Position numbers and translations under genes: made by a program. The notes beneath the pieces were generated by a model. That model had not been told where the DNA came from. It worked only from the letters and a program-made list of their open reading frames with translations, and searched no databases. From a virus (lineage: Duplodnaviria > Heunggongvirae > Uroviricota > Caudoviricetes), in IMG/VR virus record IMGVR_UViG_2737471992_000010, positions 1 through 38,281 of that record: 38,281 nt of DNA; one strand, 5' to 3'. Below are positions 16,356 through 25,364 of the stretch, one piece after another. How positions within the stretch are numbered: position 1 is the first letter of the stretch; the number at the start of each line of letters is the position of its first letter.

Positions 16356-18826
16356 CAGAATCCCCCAACAGTAAGACGAGGAATAACGGCAAGAACAGAC
16401 AGCGGCAACGGGTCAAGCTGACGGATTCTTACACGTCCGTTTTTGCCCCAGTTACTGTCCAGTTTCACTTCTACTTTTCCGGTAGCGTCATCAACAGGAT
16501 CATCGTAGAACTCGAATTCACGCTGTGGATATTCGTACCATTTACCGCCGGGCGTAGTCGCCCAGATGCCGCGACTGGCATTCACAACCAGAGTAACGGA
16601 GGGGATCACCTGTTTTTTGTCCAGCAGCGTTTCCTGTCCGTTAATGTTGATATCCAGTGTTTCGAATTCAGCAGTTATTGGCAGACCGATGTGCACTACA
16701 GCCCCCGGAGATTCCAGCGTGACGGCACCTCCGGAAACCACTTTCTGTGGCTCCACGTTCGCATCAGAGAGAATGTTTACGGTCTGGCCTTCAAGATGAG
16801 ACAGGCCTCCAAATGTCCGGCGCGCCATCTGCCAGTTCGTGGTGGCCACATTCCTGAGGGATGGCGGGACGTTCCTGTTAGCACGAACCACTACAGCGGT
16901 ATTGCTGGTTACAGAAATAATGTCGCAACGTAATTCTTTTGACACCTCATCACCAGTATCAGGATCAGTTCCGGTATAAGGGAACTGTAGTTGCGCGCCG
17001 ACATCACTACTGGTGAAGTACGCACCACCAGAAACACTGATTGTATATTCCGCGCGGTAATCCCATTCACCAGAACCACCAGTGATGGTCATCGTTCTGT
17101 CAGACGTATTTCTTCCATCATAGCTAAGGCCAGAATCAACAAAGAAAGCATCTTCATCGCTGGTAAATAAACGGCTGGACAGTCGCTCGATGTATCTCAC
17201 TGTTTGCCCGTTAACGGTTCGGTTAACGACGAAATACACCGCATCTTCATTTCCTTCGCTGATACTGCATGTGCTTTCATATTTTCCGGTACTGGATTGT
17301 GGTGCCCATGCAAAAACCTGCTGATCACGCAAATAGGTCATCACCAGTAATTTACCGTCATCACGAATGCAGAAGGCGCTGGAGTAAGGGACAATAGAGA
17401 AGCACCAGTCAACAATACTGTGCTTCTGAAAAAGATGATTGGCAAGGATGGTCAGGTCGTTCCCCTGATAGCCGTCAACATCGAATGAGTAGGCCAGATC
17501 ACGGACAACGCTGCCTTTCTCCTGGACGAACAGAGCAATATTCGCCACGGCAATTGGCGGGACGTTGCTTGAGCCATTTGATCCCTGAGAGCTGAATGCA
17601 AATGATGATGGGGTTAACACTTTGTTCTGGTCGCCGGTGATGACGTACTCACCTCCGGAAGTCAGCGCCACCAGAGAACCAACATCAATCAGGTGGCGGA
17701 TCTCATTAACCTGACGCCCGGCATAGGTGTAGATAATTCTGTCGTCATCCTGCGTAGGATTGCTTTTGCCAAAATCCTTATAATCCCCGGTACGGCTGGC
17801 CCAGATAGTCTGAGGGAACGCAGTCGATGCGGCGAAGTAAAGACGTTGTTGATAATAAACAACAGTGCCAGGATAACCATTAACACTGTTCCAGGCATAT
17901 TTAGCCCATTTATAGCTGGCATTATCCTCGCCAACTACCTGCGAAGGGATATAGGAAATCACCTCGGCAGTTGCAGTAGTTCCATTTGCAGCAGAGATAC
18001 GGGCAATGCCAAAACCACTGTGCAGATACTCCCACTCAATGCCGGTATCATCATCACCGGATCCGCCCCAGCCATCCCATGATGTGCCTTCTGTATGCGA
18101 AGGGCGCAAAGTGCCTGTTTTGCCTACTGTAACGGCGCGATAGTAGTTACTGTCTGCACGGCGAATATCGCCAATTGACGTACTCTTACTGGTTTCCCAT
18201 ACCGGCACAGAATCCACTGCAGGCTGTTCCAGATAGAACAATTTGCCTACCTGCTCCGCGCCAAAAATAGAGGCGCTTGCCGTTAACGTAATTGTCCCGG
18301 TGCTGGCGCTGGCATAAACCGTCACTGACTCGTCAATATTGATATCTTCAAATGGTCCGTTCTTCGTTACCACATCAACCAGTTGCCAGTTGTCATGCGC
18401 ATAGCGACGCAACTCTTTCGGCGGGTATGCCGGATGAACAAGCGTAAGCACGTCGGCGCTTTGCGTGAATTTAATTCGGAACAGATCGGCTTCAGTATAT
18501 GGCGTGGAAATTTCATAAATAACATTGCTGCTGTTCAGCACCAACGCACCATCTTTGATAACGCGCATGTACTGGTGTCCGAACTCCAGAGCATAAGTCT
18601 GAACCGTCGAGAACTGGAACGGGATCAGGCGGCATTTCCGATTTGGGTATTTGGCGGCACCGACAAAACGCGTACCAGGTCGATTCTCAACTCCGCCATA
18701 CTGCCGCACGATAAAGTTATCGCACTTGCGCAATGCCACCTGGTACTTCGCCATGTCAATACGACCGTACAACGACGGTCCAATCTCACCACCGGCAAAG
18801 CTGGGCTGGATCCAACTGATAGCCAT
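16355..18826 (-). CDS. Tail tubular protein B-like
   Basis: 823 aa directly after a roughly 200 aa tail tubular A-like gene, matching T7 gp11-gp12 order and size. Confidence 0.65.
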   Translation of the reverse strand: MAISWIQPSFAGGEIGPSLYGRIDMAKYQVALRKCDNFIVRQYGGVENRPGTRFVGAAKYPNRKCRLIPFQFSTVQTYALEFGHQYMRVIKDGALVLNSSNVIYEISTPYTEADLFRIKFTQSADVLTLVHPAYPPKELRRYAHDNWQLVDVVTKNGPFEDINIDESVTVYASASTGTITLTASASIFGAEQVGKLFYLEQPAVDSVPVWETSKSTSIGDIRRADSNYYRAVTVGKTGTLRPSHTEGTSWDGWGGSGDDDTGIEWEYLHSGFGIARISAANGTTATAEVISYIPSQVVGEDNASYKWAKYAWNSVNGYPGTVVYYQQRLYFAASTAFPQTIWASRTGDYKDFGKSNPTQDDDRIIYTYAGRQVNEIRHLIDVGSLVALTSGGEYVITGDQNKVLTPSSFAFSSQGSNGSSNVPPIAVANIALFVQEKGSVVRDLAYSFDVDGYQGNDLTILANHLFQKHSIVDWCFSIVPYSSAFCIRDDGKLLVMTYLRDQQVFAWAPQSSTGKYESTCSISEGNEDAVYFVVNRTVNGQTVRYIERLSSRLFTSDEDAFFVDSGLSYDGRNTSDRTMTITGGSGEWDYRAEYTISVSGGAYFTSSDVGAQLQFPYTGTDPDTGDEVSKELRCDIISVTSNTAVVVRANRNVPPSLRNVATTNWQMARRTFGGLSHLEGQTVNILSDANVEPQKVVSGGAVTLESPGAVVHIGLPITAEFETLDININGQETLLDKKQVIPSVTLVVNASRGIWATTPGGKWYEYPQREFEFYDDPVDDATGKVEVKLDSNWGKNGRVRIRQLDPLPLSVLAVIPRLTVGGF

Positions 18827-19431
18827 CAGGACAACCTCGCAATGGTAAACTCGTCAACCGGTGGCAGTGGTTCCTGTGATTCATTCTGGCTATGCGAGCC
18901 AGCACTAAGAATCACGCGATTGTACATATTGAGGGCAAACGTACCGAGGTCTGCATTCCCAGTCAGCGCCATGTTAATAGCTGCCGCAAGACGCCAGGCC
19001 AACGCCTCCATAAAAATGGCATCAAACATGTTCACATCTGTAACGCGAGATACATACTTGAGCCATGCCTGCGGCTGGTCTGTGTAGATCAACTTTCCTG
19101 TTCCGTTGGTGTCTGCACCAACTTCGTACTGAACGCGCATTGCTGCTGTTGGATTGCGTACACCAGGAAGCATAATTTCAGTAATGCGCAGACAATCGGA
19201 CGGGTACTGGTACGCATATTCCCAGTCAGGCGGTGGATTGCTCGTATCTGCAAGCGCCACGCGTTTGGTAGCAAAGTTCCAGTCAAAATCAGAAAGCACA
19301 GCATCACGGCAGGCCTCAAAGTGCAGCGAACATTCCCCCGCTTCCTTGCTGGCTTCCGTCAGGCTGTTAATACTGCGGCTGTTGCCAATATTGGACAGCG
19401 CACGATTGCAGATCTCTACTACAGAGGCCAT
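18826..19431 (-). CDS. Tail tubular protein A-like
   Basis: 201 aa; position and size match T7 gp11. Confidence 0.6.
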   Translation of the reverse strand: MASVVEICNRALSNIGNSRSINSLTEASKEAGECSLHFEACRDAVLSDFDWNFATKRVALADTSNPPPDWEYAYQYPSDCLRITEIMLPGVRNPTAAMRVQYEVGADTNGTGKLIYTDQPQAWLKYVSRVTDVNMFDAIFMEALAWRLAAAINMALTGNADLGTFALNMYNRVILSAGSHSQNESQEPLPPVDEFTIARLS

Positions 19432-19450
19432 AAGTTTCTATACTCCTGCA

Positions 19451-19470
19451 ATAAAGGGGCCGAAGCCCCT
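19451..19470 (-). terminator. Intra-operon hairpin terminator/attenuator between capsid and tail genes
   Basis: On the minus strand: AGGGGC-TTCG-GCCCCT stem-loop followed by TTTAT. Confidence 0.4.
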
Positions 19471-19487
19471 TGTCTGATTCGCGAGGC

Positions 19488-19832
19488 TTACACGCCCAGT
19501 TCTTTACGCTTATCTGCGATCTTCTCGCGTAGCGTTTCGGCTTTGGCGTTATGGTGCGGCTTCTCGTTAAAGAGCAGTTCATACTCTTCGCGGATCTTAT
19601 CCAGTTCACCATCATCTGACACATCGTTGATGATTTTGGTGCTGGTTGCTGCCATTGACACCTTTCCTGCAACTTTTGCTTTTGCCTGTCTGGCTGCATC
19701 GTTAACAGGTTCCAGTGCGCTACCAGGCTCACCTTCGTATTCGATTTCTGCCCCCTCCGGCCACAGAGTGTTATGGATATGAGAGAGGCGCAGAACGCGG
19801 TATCTTGGTTTCTCACCTGACATCAATATCAC
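19488..19832 (-). CDS. Hypothetical virion-module protein
   Basis: 114 aa ORF between capsid and tail tubular genes. Confidence 0.45.
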   Translation of the reverse strand: MILMSGEKPRYRVLRLSHIHNTLWPEGAEIEYEGEPGSALEPVNDAARQAKAKVAGKVSMAATSTKIINDVSDDGELDKIREEYELLFNEKPHHNAKAETLREKIADKRKELGV

Positions 19833-19833
19833 C

Positions 19834-20271
19834 TTAACCAGTTACTTTTGAGCGGATCGGATACGGCGTATTGGCATCAACATCAAGATTGATACCCGCA
19901 GTGAATTTGCCAGCCGTTAGTGGGCCAGTTGCGACGGAGTAGTTAACACGCAGATATCGCTGAACACCGGCTGGCACCTTTGCAGAAACAACTCGCTTAC
20001 CTGCTGTCAGGGCGGTATTTACCAGTGCGCCACTATCATAAATAGTGGTCCATGAGCTGTTATTCTCACTCGTCTGCAACTGGATGTTTACAGTTGCATC
20101 ACCGCTTGCCGCGGCGGCTGTGTTAACCAGCGCCCAAAACTCAAGCGGGTAACCAACGCCGATATCACGACGTTTTCCGTCAATTGGACCGAGATCGATT
20201 ACGTCAGTAGAAGCCGCGGTATCAGTTACCGCCTGTGCTTCGGAGAACATCAACAGTTTGTCGGTGATCAT
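19834..20271 (-). CDS. Putative capsid-associated (decoration-like) protein
   Basis: 145 aa, Thr/Ala/Gly/Val-rich beta-type composition, immediately downstream of the major capsid gene. Confidence 0.4.
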   Translation of the reverse strand: MITDKLLMFSEAQAVTDTAASTDVIDLGPIDGKRRDIGVGYPLEFWALVNTAAAASGDATVNIQLQTSENNSSWTTIYDSGALVNTALTAGKRVVSAKVPAGVQRYLRVNYSVATGPLTAGKFTAGINLDVDANTPYPIRSKVTG

Positions 20272-20322
20272 CTTCTTTCTCCATTAGTGGGTCTGTTACG
20301 ACCCACAGGTTAATAACAGGCG

Positions 20323-21315
20323 TTACACCACGCGGGCTTCTGTTTCCAGAAGCGCGTCAGTTTCACGGATTGGTACACCACGGAATGAAGTCCACCACTC
20401 GCCTTCTGTCTCTTTTACGCTGATCGCCAGAGATGTTTTCTCCAGAGACTGCAAATCAAGAGTCTGGCCTACAGTGCGGTTCATGTAGAACACCGGGCGC
20501 CCCATGCCACGGTTCGGAATGCGATGCAGTGCTTTAACCATCAACTTCGCAATATTTGCGGCAGAGGAAGGTTCTGAAAGATTGCTGACATCGATGTTTG
20601 CAATGCGAACAACATAACGCCAGTCACGCAGAGCAAGTCCGTTGTCCCATTTGTAATGGGTACGGTAGCCTTCGTACTTGCCGCCATTCGCATCTTCCAG
20701 TGTCACCTGGCCTTTATCTTCCATCTGGATGCCAGCCTTCTGCCCTTTCGGGAAGATGCCATGCACGGTGTTTTCGCCCCACACTACTAACCAGATTGAG
20801 GTGTTATCTGTACCCGTGCCACCAGCATCAATGATGTTCTGAGCATTACCCGCAGACAGGCTGGAATAGCGGGAGGACAGTCCCATAAACTGCTGAGGGT
20901 TAACGCTGGAATCACCATAAAACAGCGTCTGCGCCATCTGCTGATTCATCGCTTCAATAAATGCGCGGTCTTCAGACAGGCGGAATTCGGCGGTATTGCC
21001 GTTCAGATCAGCCAGTGACTTATCGACTTCAGCATAGGTTTCCAGCATGCCCACGGAATCGGTTACCTGCACTGTGGTTGATTTGCTTGGCTGTACGCCA
21101 TAGTTCAGCAAACGCCAGGTAGCTGAAGGTAAACCAGAACGAATGGTGGTTTGGTGTCCGGTAGGAAGGTTCCCTTCGACAAAAGGCATATCCTGAAGGA
21201 TCGGGTTAGTTTGACCGAGAAGCTCGATAATCTTATCGACTTTCCCGTTTGGATCGACGCGCTTACCCCAGTCAGCCAGCGTCAGCGCAGTTAAGCCTTT
21301 AACAGCCATTGTCAT
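20323..21315 (-). CDS. Major capsid protein
   Basis: 330 aa directly after the scaffolding gene; size and position typical of an HK97-fold podovirus capsid protein. Confidence 0.75.
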   Translation of the reverse strand: MTMAVKGLTALTLADWGKRVDPNGKVDKIIELLGQTNPILQDMPFVEGNLPTGHQTTIRSGLPSATWRLLNYGVQPSKSTTVQVTDSVGMLETYAEVDKSLADLNGNTAEFRLSEDRAFIEAMNQQMAQTLFYGDSSVNPQQFMGLSSRYSSLSAGNAQNIIDAGGTGTDNTSIWLVVWGENTVHGIFPKGQKAGIQMEDKGQVTLEDANGGKYEGYRTHYKWDNGLALRDWRYVVRIANIDVSNLSEPSSAANIAKLMVKALHRIPNRGMGRPVFYMNRTVGQTLDLQSLEKTSLAISVKETEGEWWTSFRGVPIRETDALLETEARVV

Positions 21316-21323
21316 TTCCTCTC

Positions 21324-22025
21324 TTATTTGCCATAGAGCACTTCGGCCGCACTACGCTGGCCTTCATTACCACCGGTGACCATGCCATCTTCAGACATCG
21401 CCTTTCCGATTTTCACGAACGTTTTGACCAGATCAGGGTGATTACCCAGTCCGGTGGTGTTCAGATATTCTTTGAGCTCGGGTGTCCCGAACTGGTCAAG
21501 CGCACGCTGTGCGGCGCTAAGGTTAGAAATCAACTTGTCGCCACCAATTTCTTTGTCAGCTTTTACATCAGCAGCCCACTGCTCGGTTGTTTTCTGCCAG
21601 GCTTCTGCCTGGCGCTGCTGCACACCTGCCAGAATCTTCGGATAAGCATCAACCAGCTTTTGCGCTTGCTCGTTGGTCAGGTTTAGTTCTCGCGCCACCG
21701 GCTCGAATTCCTTCAACGCTTCTGTATCCAGCTCTACGCCTTCGGCAGCCTGAAACTCGTACTTTTCAGGCGCACCCTCTGGTTTATCGCCGTCCTTTTT
21801 TTCATCCTGCTTATCGTTTTCAGGCTTTTTGTCATCAGCAGGTTTATCGCCATCAGCAACAGGTTGTGGCTTATCACCTTCCTGTTGTGATGGATCACCA
21901 ACTGGAGCAGGGTTATCACCTGCAGGCGCTGACGGTTCTGACGCAGCCGGAGCTGCTCCACCATCGACTGGTTGCTCATTGCAAAGACGGCGATACAGCA
22001 AACGCTCAAATAAATTCATGATCAC
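21324..22025 (-). CDS. Scaffolding protein
   Basis: 233 aa, highly acidic with repeated P/D/K/E segments, between portal and capsid genes. Confidence 0.65.
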   Translation of the reverse strand: MIMNLFERLLYRRLCNEQPVDGGAAPAASEPSAPAGDNPAPVGDPSQQEGDKPQPVADGDKPADDKKPENDKQDEKKDGDKPEGAPEKYEFQAAEGVELDTEALKEFEPVARELNLTNEQAQKLVDAYPKILAGVQQRQAEAWQKTTEQWAADVKADKEIGGDKLISNLSAAQRALDQFGTPELKEYLNTTGLGNHPDLVKTFVKIGKAMSEDGMVTGGNEGQRSAAEVLYGK

Positions 22026-22318
22026 TCCTGTTCACTGGCCTCTTTGGCCATCTTCAAATACTGTTCAGGGCAATGCGCCATAACGCGCTGAAACAGTTCC
22101 AGCGCCAGATTGCGTTGCCCCTCATTAAATGCCATTGCCATAGCGTCCATCGGTGAGATAGCGGAAAACACACGGCCTTTCTCCAGCACCGACCAGACAA
22201 CGCGACGCCCCTGTTCACTGCTCATGACAAAGCGAATGTCATCAATTTCACGCTGTGCCATGTCACGTTGCTTACGGGCGTTTTCTTCTTTCAGTTGATC
22301 GTCTTCGTAATCTGTCAT
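22022..22318 (-). CDS. Small hypothetical head-module protein
   Basis: 98 aa; overlapping start/stop with the portal and scaffold genes. Confidence 0.45.
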   Translation of the reverse strand: MTDYEDDQLKEENARKQRDMAQREIDDIRFVMSSEQGRRVVWSVLEKGRVFSAISPMDAMAMAFNEGQRNLALELFQRVMAHCPEQYLKMAKEASEQE

Positions 22319-23994
22319 TGTGATTGCCCACCCTGACCACTAACTGCATTCGCCATAGCTGACAACACACTCGGATCCGAAGTTTTAGCTTCGCTTAGCG
22401 TCTTGGCCCCCTGTGCCGCCGCCATCCCCATCGCCATCATTTGTTGCTGCTGTTGTTGCTGTGCCCGTTGCTGGCGAGCCTGCTCAACCTGTTCCTGCGG
22501 AACAATGACGGTTGGAGACACTCCGGACATATCAGCGAATGCATCGATCGCCTGATCAACGTTGAGTTTGTCGAGAGCTTCTGGTTTCGCTTGCGCAAGT
22601 TGACCAATGAAGTTGACCGTAGACGCCAGACTGGACAGGCCGATAGACTTCTGCGCCTGAGCCATGACGGAAATGTATTCGACCTTCAGGGGCATACCTT
22701 CCATCGCGTCAGGCGGTGGCGGCAGCATGTTTTTACGCACCATCATCGAGAAAGCGCGGTCAATGAGAGGATTAAGACATTCGTCGTTCAGACGCTCCAG
22801 AACCGGCCCCAACATCAGAAGTTTTTCTTCTTTCATTTCGATCACTGCTTCAACAGGCATCGAGCGGGTATTGATGTTCTGCAACATCATGAACAGATCG
22901 ACAAAGTAGGCGCTGTTAATGATTTGACGGGTGTCCTGAATGTCTGCCACCAAATCTGCTGTACTGGGGTTAACCAGATAAGCAGGCCTGAAACCATCCT
23001 GACCAGTAATCAGATCGATATACGTGATGTCGCCAGGAAGAAGGGAGGCACGCTGATTCTTGAGGGAAGTCGGAGCAACCATCGGCGGATTGGTGGCTTT
23101 ATCAATCAACTGCGACTTGCGCTTCTGGAGAAGCTGCAATGCCTTAACAGGTCCAAGCGCCAGCATACCCGGGCATGATGATCCATAAACATCTTCGCCG
23201 TTAACTTCCCAGCGCGGAGCCATAATTGGAAACTCATCGAATCCGGACTCACGCAACAACTTGTCGTTATCGCCACCAACCTCGTAATAAACCGATTTGA
23301 ATGGCTTGTTCTTGCTATCCAGCTTCGATGTATCGCGGTCAATGTTCGGGTAAACCGAATGCATCACTTCAATCCACTTCTCGTAGGTGCCGCTTTCCCA
23401 CATGCTTTTTACGGATTCGCTGACGTTATTTAGCCCGAACTCCTGAACAAGCTGACGAACAGTCATAGAGAACTTGCGGAAACAGGTGTCCACACTGCCA
23501 CGAGGTGAGTTAGCCAGGTAGTAACTGCCTATAGGGAATGGCATTGTGCGAATGATGTCCTCGTCATCCTCCAGCACCGCCATTGCACCAGTGCTGTATG
23601 TGCCGAGGCTTCCGTATAACTGCGGAAGAGACTGGTAGAGATTCGACTTATTGAACATATCGTTCATGCGGTTCTGCACCGCCTCAAGCCACAACTTAAC
23701 AGGGCCATAATCCATCATTTCAGGATCTGGCGTAGCCAGGCGAAACCACGGACGGGCGGGGCTTGTGATGCCTGACATCATGCCGCTGGCGAGAGTGCGC
23801 GCCGCCATAGTCCCGGTCGAATCAATAATGCGTGTATTGCGTCGATCGTTACGGTTGACCTCAGAAGTCAGAAAGCGGGAACCACGCGGGTTGATGTAAT
23901 CACTCAACTCGCGCCAGTGCGGCTCGAACGACTGACGCTCGCTTTCAAGTTGTGCGAACTGTTTGTTCAATCGCTCTTTAGTTGTTTCCGCCAT
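22315..23994 (-). CDS. Portal (head-to-tail connector) protein, T7 gp8-like
   Basis: 559 aa; the Gln/Ala/Met-rich C-terminal tail (QQRAQQQQQQQMMAMGMAAAQGA) and N-terminal region resemble the T7 connector. Confidence 0.75.
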   Translation of the reverse strand: MAETTKERLNKQFAQLESERQSFEPHWRELSDYINPRGSRFLTSEVNRNDRRNTRIIDSTGTMAARTLASGMMSGITSPARPWFRLATPDPEMMDYGPVKLWLEAVQNRMNDMFNKSNLYQSLPQLYGSLGTYSTGAMAVLEDDEDIIRTMPFPIGSYYLANSPRGSVDTCFRKFSMTVRQLVQEFGLNNVSESVKSMWESGTYEKWIEVMHSVYPNIDRDTSKLDSKNKPFKSVYYEVGGDNDKLLRESGFDEFPIMAPRWEVNGEDVYGSSCPGMLALGPVKALQLLQKRKSQLIDKATNPPMVAPTSLKNQRASLLPGDITYIDLITGQDGFRPAYLVNPSTADLVADIQDTRQIINSAYFVDLFMMLQNINTRSMPVEAVIEMKEEKLLMLGPVLERLNDECLNPLIDRAFSMMVRKNMLPPPPDAMEGMPLKVEYISVMAQAQKSIGLSSLASTVNFIGQLAQAKPEALDKLNVDQAIDAFADMSGVSPTVIVPQEQVEQARQQRAQQQQQQQMMAMGMAAAQGAKTLSEAKTSDPSVLSAMANAVSGQGGQSQ

Positions 23995-24008
23995 TTCAAT
24001 GACTCCGG

Positions 24009-24215
24009 TTACTGACCAAGCAGCGTTTTACCGCTGGTATTAGCGGTTGATGTGTCGCCCTGAGAACCGGTAAGCAGCGTAGAACTACGACCAGCAGCAG
24101 CGCGACGGCGACGTGTTTCTTCGTCGCGGGCATCAACAACGGCGGCATCCTGCTCCTGTGGTGCTGCCTGAACTTCTGGTGTTGCAGGCACTGATGGTGA
24201 GCTACCCATGCACAT
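24009..24215 (-). CDS. Small acidic protein, first gene of the virion operon
   Basis: 68 aa with GGAG RBS 8 nt upstream; the overlapping 79-aa track ORF 23996..24235 is less plausible. Confidence 0.4.
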   Translation of the reverse strand: MCMGSSPSVPATPEVQAAPQEQDAAVVDARDEETRRRRAAAGRSSTLLTGSQGDTSTANTSGKTLLGQ

Positions 24216-24304
24216 ATCAATGACTCCGTACGCAATTAAATTATTACCAATTTAACCACATATGATTTATTTATCGTAGACAGTTGACATTTAACGCGCG
24301 AATT

Positions 24305-24321
24305 ATTACCTTTCAGGTAAC
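24305..24321. promoter_or_regulatory. 17-bp palindromic operator-like site ATTACC-TTTCA-GGTAAC next to a consensus -35
   Basis: Inverted repeat with TTGACA at 24284-24289 just upstream; lies between the divergent virion operon (minus) and the tRNA/accessory unit (plus). Confidence 0.55.
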
Positions 24322-24642
24322 CAAAGAGTTCATTCCGGTTACTAACCTGACTGGCTTGTCGTTAAATTGAACAGGTGGAGTGAGCTTTTATTTTGAGCAG
24401 TACGGCGTATGGCACATGCGCCGATAGCGGTCTGGATGCGTTTAAGGGGCACCCTCCCTTGCTCGGGCAAACGAACCAGGTAGCCGGAATGTGCAAGTCG
24501 AGCGGTTTTATTCCGCGCACGGGGATTCACCATCCCGGCGATTCGGTGTGACGCCTCGGAAGAGACGAGGGTACAACGATGAGAGCATTTATGGAGCCGC
24601 GACAAAGTGTGGCGCCTTAACAGGCTAAGTGCTCTCAGCGTT

Positions 24643-24719
24643 GTGGCATTAGCTCAGTTGGACAGAGCAACCGCCTTCTAAGCGGTTGGTCGCAGGTTCG
24701 AATCCTGCATGCCACGCCA
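24643..24719 (+). tRNA. tRNA-Arg, anticodon UCU (reads AGA)
   Basis: Hand-folded cloverleaf: 7-bp acceptor stem GTGGCAT/ATGCCAC, D arm GCTC...GAGC, anticodon stem ACCGC/GCGGT with loop CTTCTAA, T arm GCAGG-TTCGAAT-CCTGC, discriminator G and encoded CCA. Confidence 0.9.
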
Positions 24720-24917
24720 GAATCACGCCTAAGGACCGTGATGCCAGAAGTTCCAGGGGCTTGGCGGTGATGGTTTCCCTTGAAGGACTATCACCGCCCT
24801 TTTTACAGCAGGACGCCATTGCGATGACTTCATGCTGTAAACCAGTACAGCCACGGAAGGCATAACTCATTGCTTCCAGTTCGCCCGGTTCGCCGGGCAT
24901 TTTTTTAAGGTGAGATT

Positions 24918-25274
24918 ATGAACGACCAGCAAATCGAAAAAGAAATCGTTGAGAAAGGCAAAACCGCTCCGCGAGTTACGCCTCAATATATCGAAAGCAT
25001 CATTCTTGAAGAGCATTTCTTTACTGCTTATGACGGCATTCGTGCTGCCAATATGGGCGTTGGCGATTCATGGACAGCGCATAAATCTACAGACCTCCTG
25101 ACTTTCTGCGTATTGGTACTGAAGAATGGCTTCACCGTCACCGGAGAGAGTGCCTGTGCAAGTCCGGAAAATTTTGATGCAGAAATTGGTCGGAAGATTG
25201 CCCGACAGAATGCTGTAAACAAAATCTGGATGCTTGAAGGTTACTTGCTGAAGCAGAAGTTAAGCGAGCAATAA
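24918..25274 (+). CDS. Accessory phage protein, possibly N4 gp49 / Sf6 gp66 family
   Basis: 118 aa with AAGGTGAG RBS; family assignment is from memory of similar sequences and is tentative. Confidence 0.4.
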   Translation: MNDQQIEKEIVEKGKTAPRVTPQYIESIILEEHFFTAYDGIRAANMGVGDSWTAHKSTDLLTFCVLVLKNGFTVTGESACASPENFDAEIGRKIARQNAVNKIWMLEGYLLKQKLSEQ

Positions 25275-25294
25275 CACCGTGACATATCACAAAC

Positions 25295-25321
25295 AGCCAG
25301 CCTATGAGCTGGCTTTGTTTT
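25295..25321 (+). terminator. Rho-independent terminator between convergent genes
   Basis: AGCCAGC-CTATGA-GCTGGCT stem-loop followed by TTTGTTTT. Confidence 0.6.
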
Positions 25322-25364
25322 ATCCTCATCAGAGGATATCAACAACATTATCCCCTCAAGCGGA

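Noticed and set aside
8967-23342. Numerous 60-300 aa ORFs on the strand opposite the virion genes (for example 9542..10003, 14675..15292, 18383..19087, 18892..19782, 22441..23178)
   Set aside because: They lie entirely inside long, tightly coupled coding genes on the other strand, lack RBS and have low-complexity translations; shadow ORFs.
23996-24235. 79-aa minus-strand ORF upstream of the portal gene
   Set aside because: The overlapping frame 24009..24215 has a GGAG RBS and a more protein-like composition; this frame is His/Arg/Leu-rich.
24342-24605. 87-aa minus-strand ORF within the tRNA leader
   Set aside because: Arg/His-rich low-complexity translation, no RBS, antisense to the tRNA transcription unit.
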